A DNA stretch of 64,000 bases, taken from assembly GCA_012295275.1 (NCBI GenBank), contig CM022665.1, forward strand, positions 1 through 64,000, in the 5' to 3' direction. Both the position numbers and the translations under genes were made by a program. Below are positions 26,131 to 38,508 of the stretch, piece after piece. Under the pieces are notes generated by a model. That model saw only the letters and a list, made by a program, of their open reading frames with translations. It had not been told where the DNA came from and did no database searches. Numbering within the stretch: position 1 is the stretch's first letter; each line of letters opens with the position of its first letter. Source of the stretch: Chrysomallon squamiferum (taxonomy: Eukaryota > Animalia > Mollusca).

Positions 26131-29100
26131 AGAAGTTTAATATGTTAAAACGTAATTATTATTTCAAATACTGGTCATGTTATTAAACTCTGTAACTAAA
26201 TCCAATGTCTAAGTATGTTTTACATGACTCACTGAATCCAACAAAATGGACGAGAAAAATTTCGTTAATAGCTGAGAAATTTTATACAACGTAAACAAGG
26301 AAGTAATGTTAAATTAGTGTCATACATTTAAAAAATATAAATATCTCTGCAGAGATAAATGTATATTTATAGACATAAATAACTAGATAGAGAAAACTGT
26401 TAATATTTTTTTTTGTAAACTTACTTAAATTCCTAGTAACATTATTTCTATAAAGAACAGCTCAAACTCTTCGATATATTAAAAACAGAAAATAAAACGT
26501 ATACGGGTTGTCTCGTAATGATTACATGTCTGAATTTACGTGTACAAAATCAACTTGGTAACATTCCAGAAATCTAATTGCTGTTTAGAATAATCTCATA
26601 ACTTAGGCTACAACCATTTTTCATTTTATTACTTTTTTATTTATTTATATATTTTTTTTTTTGAAAACATTCTATTTTGTTCTAGTAAAAGTTAACTAAA
26701 TATTATTCATCAGAAAAATTTGATACTCTAGACAACAAACATTTATTTTATTTTATTTCTTTGTTTATATATTTCATTTCATTATTTATTTAAGTATTTT
26801 ATTTATTAACTTATTTATTTATTTATTTATTTATTCTACTTAACTAAATATTAATCGTACTACAACCAGCTTTATTGTTTAAATGTGAACTTTTTTTGCC
26901 TTAATGAAAGTTCTTATTATAATATTACTTATATTTGTATTACTTTAACTTTCTCTTCATAAATGTAGAAAGGTTTTCTGACAGACAAATATAAATATTT
27001 GTGATATTTTCATGTATTTCATACTCAGTGGACTAATTTGAAACGTATAAAATATAATAATATGTTACTTTCATTACAGTAAATACACTTATCTTTATTT
27101 ATATTACAGAATTGCAGTTTCTTTTCTTTAAATACACTTGCTATTCAACAGCGATTAAATCTTCGGATTTTCTTATATATTATACATAATACCAACGGCG
27201 ACAGGAATAAAACTGATCTAAATGGTAGAACAATAACAAGAACAGATTATGTATGATAGTCTGAATATATAGAGCCCAGTTGCAAAGCATTAAACTGTGT
27301 GTATTGTGTCCCATAAATATACATAAAATGTACATGTCTATAAATTATAATAAACCATTACATATATAATTCTAATAATGTAAATTTCTCGTATAAGTAT
27401 GTACTATATTCTCGAACGTTACAGGAAATATTTTCGTCATAAATATAAGTTTCGGTTTCAGAAACGAAAGAAATAACACGGAAATATTTTATAAAGTTAG
27501 CAACATAAATCTAATAATATTAAATATTTGTTTTAGCATTTACGCTATAAACTCCTATAAAATGATATTCAAAAGTCTAGGGACAGAAACGGGTCAACAT
27601 TTATGACCTTCAGCTATTGTTTGTAACAAATTATCTGAATATAATAATATATGTTAAAACCTAATTAATATTTCAAACACAGGTCATGTTATTAAACTCT
27701 TAACTAAATCCAAGGTCTACGTGCCTATTACCTATAAAATCGAATGTTTTACGTCACTCACTGAATCGAATAAAATCGACGAGAAAAGCTTCGTTATTAG
27801 CTGTGAACATTTACACAACATAAAAAATCAGTTTCATACATTTCCAAAAAACATAAATTAATCTACCGAAATAAATATATATTTACAGGCATAAATTATT
27901 ACAGAAAACTGTTGTTAAAACATTTATAAACTTACTTAAATTCCTAGTAACATTGTTTCTATAAAGAACAGCTCAAACTCTTCGATATATTAAAAAATAG
28001 ACAACGCAATGTATACGGGTTGTCTCGACCTCGTAACGATCACGTTTTCAAATTACGTGTACAAAAGTGATATAAATAAACTTGTTAACATTCCAGAAAT
28101 CTAACTGCTATTGAGAATAATCTCATAACTTACTAGATAAATAAACAGTTATTCAATTTTGTGTAAACGTACCTAAATTCCGAATTAAATTATTTCCATA
28201 AAGAACAGCTCGGACGCATCGAAATATTAGAAGTAGACAACAATCTGGGTCGTTTCTATGTCGTAACGATCACGTGACTGAAATTACTTGTACCGAGATA
28301 TAAACTTGGCGACTTTGAACCGCTAATAAGAAAAATATCATAATCGAGTTAACAAACATTATTTAATTTAATTTAATTTAATTTAATTTAATTTAACTTA
28401 ACTTCACTTATTTATTTATTTATTTATTTAGTTATTGATTTATTTATAATCTGTTGAAGACATTGTATTTTATTCTAGTAAAAGTTATTTAAATATTATT
28501 CATATTACAACTAGGTATATTGTTTACATTGCAAACTTTCTCCTATAGTAACTTCCTTTGTCTTCTGCCTTATTAAGACCAACTCAGTTTATTTTCTTTG
28601 AATACTGTTGCTATTAAACAGCGGTCAATTTGGAATGTTTGGATTTTCCTGTACATTGTCCACAAAACCAACTCTGACATGAATAAAACTGACATAACTG
28701 GTAGCACATTGACAATAACTGACTCTGTGTAATATTCTAATACACAGAGCCGACTTCCAAAACAGTAAACTGTTTATATTGTGTTTAATAGCACTTTTTT
28801 GTTACCGCACTATGAAAACTGGAATAAAGTTTCAACGATACCCTCTGATAAATAAATAAAAGAAAAGACATATTTAAATTGTAAGATACCAGAAGAATTT
28901 GACGATTTTCTCGAATGCATCATGATCTAAATGTTAGCACAACAACTACGACAGATTCTGCATAATATTCTGAATACACAGAGTCCAACTGCAAAACTGT
29001 TGTGTTTATACTGTGTCTAACAGCAACTTTTGATACCGCCCAGTAGAAAAAGATTTAGAAATGTGTATTCAAATCTGGGTACATTTTATTCAGGCATATA

Positions 29101-32100
29101 GGAAAATAATATACAAGAACGTTTGTCATGTAAATGAAGTAGTTAGTTGTAATTTAAATAAAAAATATGCATATTTTAGTAGAAGAAATATAATTCATAT
29201 AAATAAACAAACAAAACTAAATAAAATAACTAATTAAATAAAATGTAATTAAAAAATCAAATAAGACATGTATTATATATATATTCTTAATTAAAAAAAA
29301 AAAAAAAAAAAAAATAAAAAATAAAAGTAAAAATTACCAAATGTTTTCTACATTTTTAACTTAAATAATATAATATTAGTAACAAAAAGATAAAAGTTTT
29401 AAATATCTGTCTTTACACTTACTCTGTACACTCATAACAAATACAAAAGAATGTCGTTTTCTCTATTATCTGAAGATAATTAAAATTTAATGTAATAAAA
29501 TACTGGTCTTGTTTTAAACTCTTTATTTTTTTGTTGTTGTTATTATTAGTTTATAACTAAATCCAAGATCAACGAATGTTTTACGTCACTCACTGAATCG
29601 AATAAAATCGCCTAGAAAACCTTCATTATTAGCTGTGAATATTTACACAACGTAAAACAAGAGTGTAAATTAAAGTCGGTTTCATATGTTTTAAAAAATA
29701 TTATATATACAGACATGAATACTGGATACAGAAAACTGTTATTTAATCATCTATAAACTTATCTAAATTCCTAATCACATTATTTCTATAAAGAACAACT
29801 CAAACACATTGATATATTAAAAAAAAGACAACAAAAGTTATGTTCCCGAAGTGTCTTTCAGTAATCAATAACGAATGTCTCGAAGGTCTGTTTATGAATA
29901 TCATTTACGTGACTACGACTTCACTGTATTAACTGCAAGTCCAAACCAATGATGACACGCACTGCGCATGTCCTTGTCTAACAGGGCTTTGTTAGTTGAT
30001 CAATACAGTTCTGATTAATAATGTCTGAGATCCTTTCGTCTTTTGTGGAAAATACAAGTTTCGGTTTCAGAAAAGAAAGAAATGACACGGAAATATTTTA
30101 TAATGTTAGCAACATAAATCTAATAATTTTAAATGTTTATTTTAGCACTTAGTCTATAAACTCCTAACTATTATCAAAAACGATATTCAAATAGTCTAGG
30201 GACAGAAATGGGTCAACGTTTCCGAACGTCTGGTTGTCGTTTGTAACAAATACAAGACAAGGTAGTTTTCTCTACTATCTGAATATAATAAAATGTGTTA
30301 AAACGCAATTATTATTTCAAACACTGGTCATGTTATTAAACTCTTTATCTAAATTCAAGGTCTACGTGTTTTTTACGTGAATGTTTGAATCGAATAAAAT
30401 CGACGAGAGAAATTTTCGTTATTAGCTGTGAAAACTTACACAGTGTAAACAAGTAAGTAATGTGAAAATCAGTTTCATACATTTAAAAAGTATAGATACA
30501 AATAGAGAGATAAATATTTATTTACGGACATAAACTGCTAGATACAGAAAACTGTTATTAAAATGTTTATCAACTTACCTAAATTCTTAATCACGTTATT
30601 TCTGTAAAGAACGGCTCGAACACATAGATATATTAACAACAGACAACAAAACGTATCTGGGTCGTCATTAGGTCGTAACGATCACGTGACTCAACTTAAG
30701 TGTACAAAGTGACATAAACTTGGCGACTTTCCACTGAACCGTTGATAAGAAAAATCTCATAATCTAGGGAGCATATATTATCTTATTTATTTATTTATAT
30801 TCTGCTGAATACATTACATTTTATTCTAGTACAAGTTAACTAAATATTAATAGTATCACAAATAGGTATACTGTTTACATCATAAACTTTCTTGTGCCTT
30901 AATAAGACCAAACCAGATTTAAAATAAAAAAAAAAAAAAAGATTTTCTAAATGTTGTTATTATAATATAATTTCATTTTTATTACTTTAACTCACTCTTG
31001 ACAAATCTAGAAAGATTTTCTGAGATACAAATATAAATATTTGTAATATTTTCATGTACATTATACTCAATGGATTAATTTGCCACGTATAAAAAATAAC
31101 GATGTTAAAATATATCATGTATTTTCATTAGAGTAAGATTACATTGAACTTTATTTCTATTACAGCTTTCTATTTCATGTTCTTTGAATACTCTTCGTTT
31201 TAAAACGCGGTGAACATGGAATTTTTCGGATTATCTTAAACACTGTCCATAAAACCAGCTCTGACACGAATAAAACTGATCTCAATGGTAGCACAATAAC
31301 TGATTCTGCGTAATATTCTCAATACACAGCGTCCACTTGATTAGACTCTAAACTGTTTGTGTTGTGTTACCTGCACTTAGAAAAATAACACAGGTTTCTT
31401 ATAAAAAGAAGGAAACAAATATGAGAAAAGTTTTATTACTTAGGCGCAAACATTATTTATTTATTTATTTATATTGTGGTTTTTTCTTTTTCTCAAATAT
31501 AGAAAAAGATGAACTTATGCTCTTATTTACATTAAGAACGTTTCTTGACTTTTGATTGAAAACTTCATTTCATCTACATTTTCTAAGTTACAGACTGGTA
31601 CCGCGTACAGATTCATTATTTTTTTTATTGTTTTCTTTTTTCCTTTTACTTATTTAGCAAAGAATTAATAATAATAAGTTATTAAATTTCCACTCTCCTT
31701 CATCTTTTTTAAATTGACTAAAGTTTAAATTTAAAAGTACAACCGAGAGGACCAAGTGGTAACTATTTTCTGTTACACTTTTTGTACATCAGATTGCTAG
31801 ATAATAAGTCTAGTATAGCTTTTTAAAAGTTATTTTTTCTTGTTATTGATATTCTTTTTTTATTTTTTCCTTTTTTTTTTATTTGAGAAGATTAGAATAC
31901 AGTTTTCTGAATAGATCTTTTAAATCGTGTACTTTCAAGTTCTTAGTAATTTTTTGTTGTGATTTCAGATGGTTTATAGGTAAGTAAATTTGTATAGCTA
32001 GTAATCAAATTAAAATCGTCACATATCATATATTATTTTGTTGAATTGTTCAGTATTGTGTAAAATAAGTAAAAAAAAAAAAGTTTGTTTAAATTAGAAC

Positions 32101-32274
32101 TACATATATTCGCAATGGTATTCTGTCCTTATTATATGTATTGCAATTTTAACTTGTTTTAAAAACATTGGTTGATTATTTTTCATTTCGACATTTCCTC
32201 CAACGAAAGAAAGTTAAAAAGGAAGAGGAACAAAATAAAATAAACACGTTTCTTGTCCAAGTATTAAAGTAGTA

Positions 32275-32323
<49 letters not shown>

Positions 32324-32532
32324 TAATAATAATAATAATAATAACAATAATAATAAATCACAAGAGTAAAGAAAAATTAAAAATAAAGTAATTAATACGA
32401 GACATTTTTAGGGCAGAAAGGAAGTAAAAAGAAAATATAATAAGAAAAACAACAAACAAGCTAACTTCTTGGTCAAAGGGCCCGGTTTCCTTTCCTCATA
32501 CTATTTTAACTGTAATTGTAAAACACTTAGAA

Positions 32533-33191
32533 TAAACAAACAAACAAACAAATATATAAAGTTATCTGGCTTGGTCATGTAATTTAGAATATTACATACA
32601 TACAAAATAAATACATACATTGAAATACATACATACATACACACACATACATACATAGGTACACATACATACACACGTACATACAAACACACATACATAG
32701 GCCTATACACATACTCATACATACATAGGTACATACATATGTACGTACATTTATACTTGGACACACATACATATGTAGGTGCATTCATACATAGACACAC
32801 ATACATATATACAAACATACATACTCACACACACAAACAAATACATACATGTAAACATGCATACATTCACACATAAGCACACTTTTGCACATGCAAGCAC
32901 ATACATACATACATACATACATATATACATACAAACAAATAATACTTTGTAATATATGTAAGGTAGATTGAGGGCAGAAAGGAAGTAGAAAGGAAATATA
33001 ATAAGGAAAACAACAAGTCAATTTGTTGGTCAACGGTCCCGCTTTCCCAAACAAACAATTAGCGATAAATAGTTACTTAGCGATTTGAATTTCCCGCTCG
33101 CTTAGATGGTAATATAATTTAGAATTTGACATACATATCGACATACATACATACATACATACATACATACATACATACATACATACATACA

Positions 33192-33224
<33 letters not shown>

Positions 33225-33360
33225 TCATACATGCATATATACGTATAATAAAAATAATAATACTAATAATAATAACACAAATATGATTTGATCAATAACA
33301 ATAGAACACATCATATATATATATATATATACATACATACATACACATACATATATGCAT

Positions 33361-33394
<34 letters not shown>

Positions 33395-33450
33395 AATCTA
33401 AATATATAGATATATAGATATACAGATATAGATACAGATATAGACATACA
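32533..33450. repeat. Compound (TACA/CA/TA/GATA)n microsatellite region 3' of the minus-strand RING exon
   Basis: Degenerate ACAT runs at 32590-32935, pure (ACAT)n at ~33143-33220, (GATA)n at ~33361-33395. Segment 32533-32830 is duplicated in inverted orientation at ~60700-61020. Confidence 0.9.
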
Positions 33451-33866
33451 TATGTATTACAACACAGAAAAATCTTTTACATGTTCTGTTATTAGTTTTC
33501 TAATAATGTGAGGGCCAAAATGCGTATTGCATTGTATTTACCTTTTGGGTTGTATATTTGTGTCGTTTGGTATTCGACATTGTTTACACATTATATATAG
33601 AGTATTTTGTTCATAAACTAAATAACTGCATGACACCTCACTCAGATTCATGTACATTATAAAACAGTCATACCAAATAATTCAGACACTTTATCTAAAG
33701 TAACAGTAATAAATCATATTTCTAAAATTGTTAGTGCGAAACTGTAAAAAAATCAATCTACAAATACTCATGTTTATTCTTTTCTTAGGTGAATTAAAAT
33801 TTATCAGATCGTCAAAAAAAAAAAAAAAAAAAAAAAAACATTATAAAAAAAATGGTTAAAAACAGA

Positions 33867-34045
33867 TTAACACAAGCAAGCTCGCACAATGGCTAGGATT
33901 ATCTCTCTACAGAGTGGACATCTTCGCAGTCTGGACGCACAATCTTCATAGCAACAAAGATGACCGCAGGGTAGGATAACCATTTTGACCCTGTTTTCAA
34001 AACAAACTTTGCAGATGAGTGGACTGTTATCATCCGGCAAGGAAT
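33867..34045 (-). CDS. IAP-type C-terminal C3HC4 RING finger exon (orphan; upstream exons not found, probably non-functional)
   Basis: Acceptor TTTAACAG|, phase 1. Translation [59 protein letters not shown] fits the IAP/BIRC terminal RING pattern. The 3' UTR (33492-33866) matches 42000-42347 in inverted orientation. Confidence 0.85.
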
Positions 34046-34280
34046 CTGTTAAAGTGCGTATTAAAAACAATATAATTCTTGTACGTTAAGTAATGTGTAT
34101 ATTTTGTAACAAAGGACAGTTTAAAATAAATCAAATAACTTATATATTTGATTACACATAACCTTTGAAACAAATGGTTTGTAGGTTTTATCGTAAAAGT
34201 GTCTTGACCCTTCACAAGGTTTTACGAATATACTAAAAGGTTTTCTGTATTTCTTTCCTCCTTAAATATATCAGATATCA

Positions 34281-34316
<36 letters not shown>

Positions 34317-35479
34317 GAAATACCAGTAACATCACTGACAACAATAACAATAATTACACCATCAATAATAAATAAATAAGTAAGTAAATAAATAAAGTAA
34401 ACTAAAATAAAAAAGCTGTTGTGAAGCACGTCTGCGACCGTCACGCTCTCTGACAAAGCCAGGGTGTGTGTATCTGTCGTAGAAAAGAGACGAGGGAGGT
34501 AAAAGAAGTTGTTCTCGTTTCCACTGCAGACTAAAGAGTTACGAATTGGTTGTGATGTTTTTTTCCCGCTTGTTGATGTTTCAAGATTTGTGCTTGTTCG
34601 TTCATTTTGTTGTTTTTATCACCAAATTCGTGAGGGGCTGGTCCTGTTTGTTTACCGGTACTGTGAGCTTTCTTATCATGTTCATCTCCTTCTTGGCCGG
34701 TTCTTTTATAATCCAACAGTTAGCAACTTTTTATTTTTTTTATTTTTATTTTTTTATTTTTTTATTTATTTTTACTATTATTATTATTATTTTTATTTTT
34801 TTTGGCCAGTGATCTTTTTGTTAGTTAAGAAAATATTTAATACACATGAACAAATATTAATAACGGGGAAATAAATAAATAAATAAATAGGAAAGTTAAA
34901 TAAATATCGTTTAAGTAAAGTTAAAAATAAATAAATAAATAAAAAATAAAAACAAATAGTTATATCAACAAGAAAAACAACAGCAATCACATAGTACTCA
35001 TGATAACCTTTCATTTGATCTATATTAGTTTTAAGGTTTTAATTTTCATTTCCTCTTTTTCAAGCTTGAAATGACAAGTTTTGTTGTGTATCTGAAATGA
35101 ATAAGAAAGTAATTAACTTATTTACATTATTATATACAGTTTTCTGCAGAAACGCATACATACATATGCACACACACATACAAATGTACACACATACATA
35201 TACATTTAAAATTATATTATTAAATTAGTTTAATCAGATAGTCAATCAATTGATCAATCAGCCGATCGGTAGATCAATTAGCTGGTCAATCAATTAATCT
35301 GTAAGTCATTTAAATTATTTATTTATTTTATTTTATTTATTTATTTTTTTATTTATTCGTTTTTTGTATTTAGTGTATTTGATTCATGGTTTGTTTGTTA
35401 TTGTGTTTGTTATTTTAATTTTTTTTATAAATTGTTACGTGAATGTTTTATTTTGCGCTATGTTTTTTAATTTATTTAA

Positions 35480-36060
35480 TCAAACGTTCGTGTGTTTATG
35501 TATTTGTTTGTAATGTAAGCTGTTACTGCAGCGAGGACTAATTCTCTGTTTTTCTGGTGCCAAGATGTTTTTAGGTGTGAATTCAGTTTTCAGTTCGTCA
35601 GATGTGTCAGGTAGCGTTAATCATTCCTTGGCAAAAACTGGACAATGAAGAAATAGCGTTTCATGGTTTCAGAAAGTCCGCAGCTGCAGTTGGGTGATGT
35701 GGTTATTTTATATTTTAATCTGATTCCGTTCAGATTCGAGGAGGAGCCGCTTCTGAGTCTGGTCAGCTTGTTGTTACGTAATTCGTTATTCACAGTGATT
35801 CTGGGTGTTTTGATAACTGGTTTGATATTAAAGTGCTAGATGTTTTTGGTGTTATTCCATTCGTTCTGCCACTGTTTGTTATACTATTTGGCTGCAATGG
35901 ATAAAATTTCGTTTGCTCCGTAGTGTATGTCTGTGCAGATGTCTTTGTCTTTGATATTAAGTGACACTTTGGCATAATGATTAACTGTTTGTTGTTGTGT
36001 AGTCTTTCTTCATGTAGATGGTATATACTGTTGAGTAAATCTAGTCAAGTGGAATGTCCA
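35480..36060 (-). mobile_element. Degraded non-LTR retrotransposon ORF2 3' end (post-RNase H region plus CCHC zinc finger; I/Nimb-like)
   Basis: Minus frame reads YIPST*..VNHYAKVSLN..KQWQNEWNNTKNI*HFNIKPVI..NNKLTRLRSGSSSNLNGIRLKYKITTSPNCSCGLSETMKRY/FLHCPVFAKE. The WQxxW, IKP, LTRLRxG and CxC..ET..xxLxCP motifs are typical of the ORF2 tail of RNase H-bearing LINEs. Several stops and a frameshift. Confidence 0.85.
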
Positions 36061-36119
36061 GACTGAACTGATGTAATAGAACAACTAAGGCTGTCTCAGA
36101 ATGAAAGATCCGAACTTCA

Positions 36120-36310
36120 TTTATAGCACTTTGTACACGTAATTTGAGTCACGTGATCTATTCGACGTAGAGAGACCACAAAGATATGATTTTGCAGTCT
36201 ATTTTATTCCATTAAAACACTCACGTAAAAATCAAACTGGATTTAGGTAAAAGAGATGAATAACATGACTGCATTTTAAATAAAGATTACATTTTCAATA
36301 CATTGGTGAC
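36120..36310 (-). repeat. Partial inverted copy of the IAP-associated module, upstream of the + strand IAP locus
   Basis: CACTTTGTACACGTAATTTGAGTCACGTGATC (36127-36158) is identical to 61883-61914 and is the reverse complement of the module block near 30680-30712. AACACTCACGTAAAAA and AATAACATGAC also match. Confidence 0.8.
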
Positions 36311-37942
36311 TTAGAGATAATATTTATATACATAATTTGGTAGTATGCACAACACTAATCACTTTGAAATTTCCATTCTATTTTCAATTAGGAGTAAAGC
36401 AAATACCTCATATTACCTGCGGTGTTTAACTGTTTCAATACTCGATATGTAACGGCCCTTTTCAGAATTTACATTAAAATAATAGAATGGGTTTTCAGAT
36501 AGCTAATTGATGAAACAAACTTTCCAGTCATCAGGTTGAGTTTAAGATTTTTTCTTCTTCCTATCACTCCTTGTTTCTGCAGTTAAACTTCAAACATATT
36601 TCATCTTCACCTGACGGGCCGTTTCTCGTTTCTGTCGTATAAATAACAGTCAAAAGTCGCATTAGACGCGATCATTTTAAACAAATTTCCTTTCTTTGAA
36701 TGTCACTTTAATAACAACGTCAGTCGGTTATCAAAGTATTTGCGGGAACGCATTCGATTCCTGTTCTCTTTTTTTTTTTTTCTTTTTTTTAGTCCATCTT
36801 TTCTTTGTTTTGTTTTTTTATTTGTCTTTTCTTTTCTTTCTTTCTTCTTCTTTTTAAATAAAAAAAATCTTTTCTTTCTTTTTCTTTTCTTTTTCCCCCC
36901 ACGACTAATAAAGAAGGTTAATCTATTGTCGATTATTTATTATTTTCTCACTCAGCTGAGTAATCTCAGGTAGTTACTGAGCCTATTGGAAATTTATGAC
37001 GCGTATCAACAGGGACGTTAGAAGGAAAGGAGATATTCATTAACATGCAGTGTTCATTTATGGAAGTCGGGTTTCAAATGTTTAAACGCTAAACTGAATT
37101 TGTATTCTTTATACAATCTAAACACAATGAGACTGTCGCAACTGAAAAACAGACTGGTAGTTGTTTATGTTATCAGAGATCTGTGTATCTACTGCAGTTC
37201 AGTTGTTACAGGGCAGATCTGAGGCGTGAGTAGTGACAGGATCAATTCTTCTGGATGTCCCAGTTGGAACATTTTTTAAAAAGTCCTATCATTTCTTAAA
37301 GAAACAGCTGTCTCAAATTTTCTAGGTTCTGAAGAAGTTGAAGAATAAAATACAAGTTAAATATAAAACTTATAATATAAGTGTTAGAAAAATAAGTACA
37401 AACTCAGTGTTTGAGAAAATAATAATAATAGTAATAATAATAATAATGAAAACAAAAAGTTTTAAAATACAAAATACAGTCGTTTTTCTCTTCATACAAA
37501 AATTATTATTTAAAAATGGATTTGCTGAATTCTTACTTTATTTGGGAACAAGGAAAATAAATTCATATCGTGTCATGTCATCTTTGTGTTTTGTGTGGAA
37601 GTTTACAAACCTCTATTGTTTAATGTCTGCAAACATACAATTTCTTCTAAAGCGGCTTTCAGTCCTTTTTCTGTTTATTCTAAGCCCAGTCTTTAGTAAA
37701 TAAAAAAGTAGGGTATAAAAGGGAAGTTTACATGTACAGCTAACAAATGTAGCCTGGCTTACAATAACGTAGTTGTGACACTGTGAAATTTTCTTATCGT
37801 AATCGTAAAACAGCGAATTTTTGTCGGCACAAATACAATAGTTTAACGGAAAGGTTAGCGTTTAGTCGTCATAAAAACTCTTCATAGTCTTAGCACCGTT
37901 TACTTGAGAAAAAAAAAATTCATATCAGTTGTTACCTTATAG

Positions 37943-38382
37943 CAGGGGCGGGCAAACGTTTTAAAACAGGGGTCAGATGGATATTATAGGAAGAGCATGT
38001 AAAAAGTAAATTCACTTTTACCAAATGTTAGAAGAGTTAATGAGATGGGTGGTGTCGCATACCATGAAGCAGCGATTAAAAGTCAGGCTTAATTGATGTG
38101 GTGGACAAAAGAAGAATGTTATTTAGATGGCGTTCAGAGAATTGCGAGCGAAGGCGATATTTTGTAAGAAGAGTTGTTCACAGTAAAATGAACTTCCGAA
38201 TACAATGTATTGAACATGTTATTAAATTGTGTAAATTTGCCAGATGGAAGAATGACATCATGAAAGAAGGAAAGGGGAGAAGAAGTGCTGAACTTAATTC
38301 ATCATTGCATTGCATACCTACCAACTCCATCTGCAAGGAAACTGAAGAATCATCCATTGATATTCAATGATGTTTTCCAGGG
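37943..38382 (-). mobile_element. hAT (Buster/Charlie/SPIN-type) DNA transposon remnant: transposase C-terminus and one terminal inverted repeat
   Basis: Minus strand encodes ..SLQMELVGMQCNDEL..FGSSFYCEQL..TKYRLRSQFSERHLNNILLLSTTSIKPDF*SLLHGMRHHPSH*, resembling the GTF2IRD2-like hAT dimerisation tail. TIR CAGGGGCGGGCAAACGTTTT starts at 37943, preceded by CCTTATAG (nnnTAnnn target pattern). Confidence 0.85.
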
Positions 38383-38508
38383 AATAAATCAAATCATAAA
38401 ATCAAAACAAAACTATCAACATGTTTAACCTATAGTATTGTACATTTATCAGACACAGAGAGTATTTTAAATTTTACATTAACTTTTTATCTTATAGACA
38501 AGTCAGCA

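Larger units (their letters stand above)
21971..31400 (+). repeat. Cluster of eight full or partial copies of a ~1.4-kb AT-rich non-coding module (locally duplicated)
   Basis: Shared blocks GTTTCRGTTTCA..AAAAGAAA..ACACGGAAATATTT, GGTCATGTTATTAAACTCT, AATCGAATAAAATCGACGAGA..TTCGTTATTAGCTGTGAA, GTAAACAAGGAAGTAATGTT, AGAAAACTGTT, GAATAAAACTGATCTAAATGGTAGCAC. Copies at about 22140-22575, 22730-24120, 24540-24950, 25279-25350, 26140-27310, 27447-29040, 29150-29850 and 30057-31400. In addition, 21971-24120 parallels 29150-31400. Confidence 0.9.

Noticed and set aside
38098-38370. 90-aa + strand ORF as an upstream IAP exon
   Set aside because: It is the antisense of the hAT transposase remnant.
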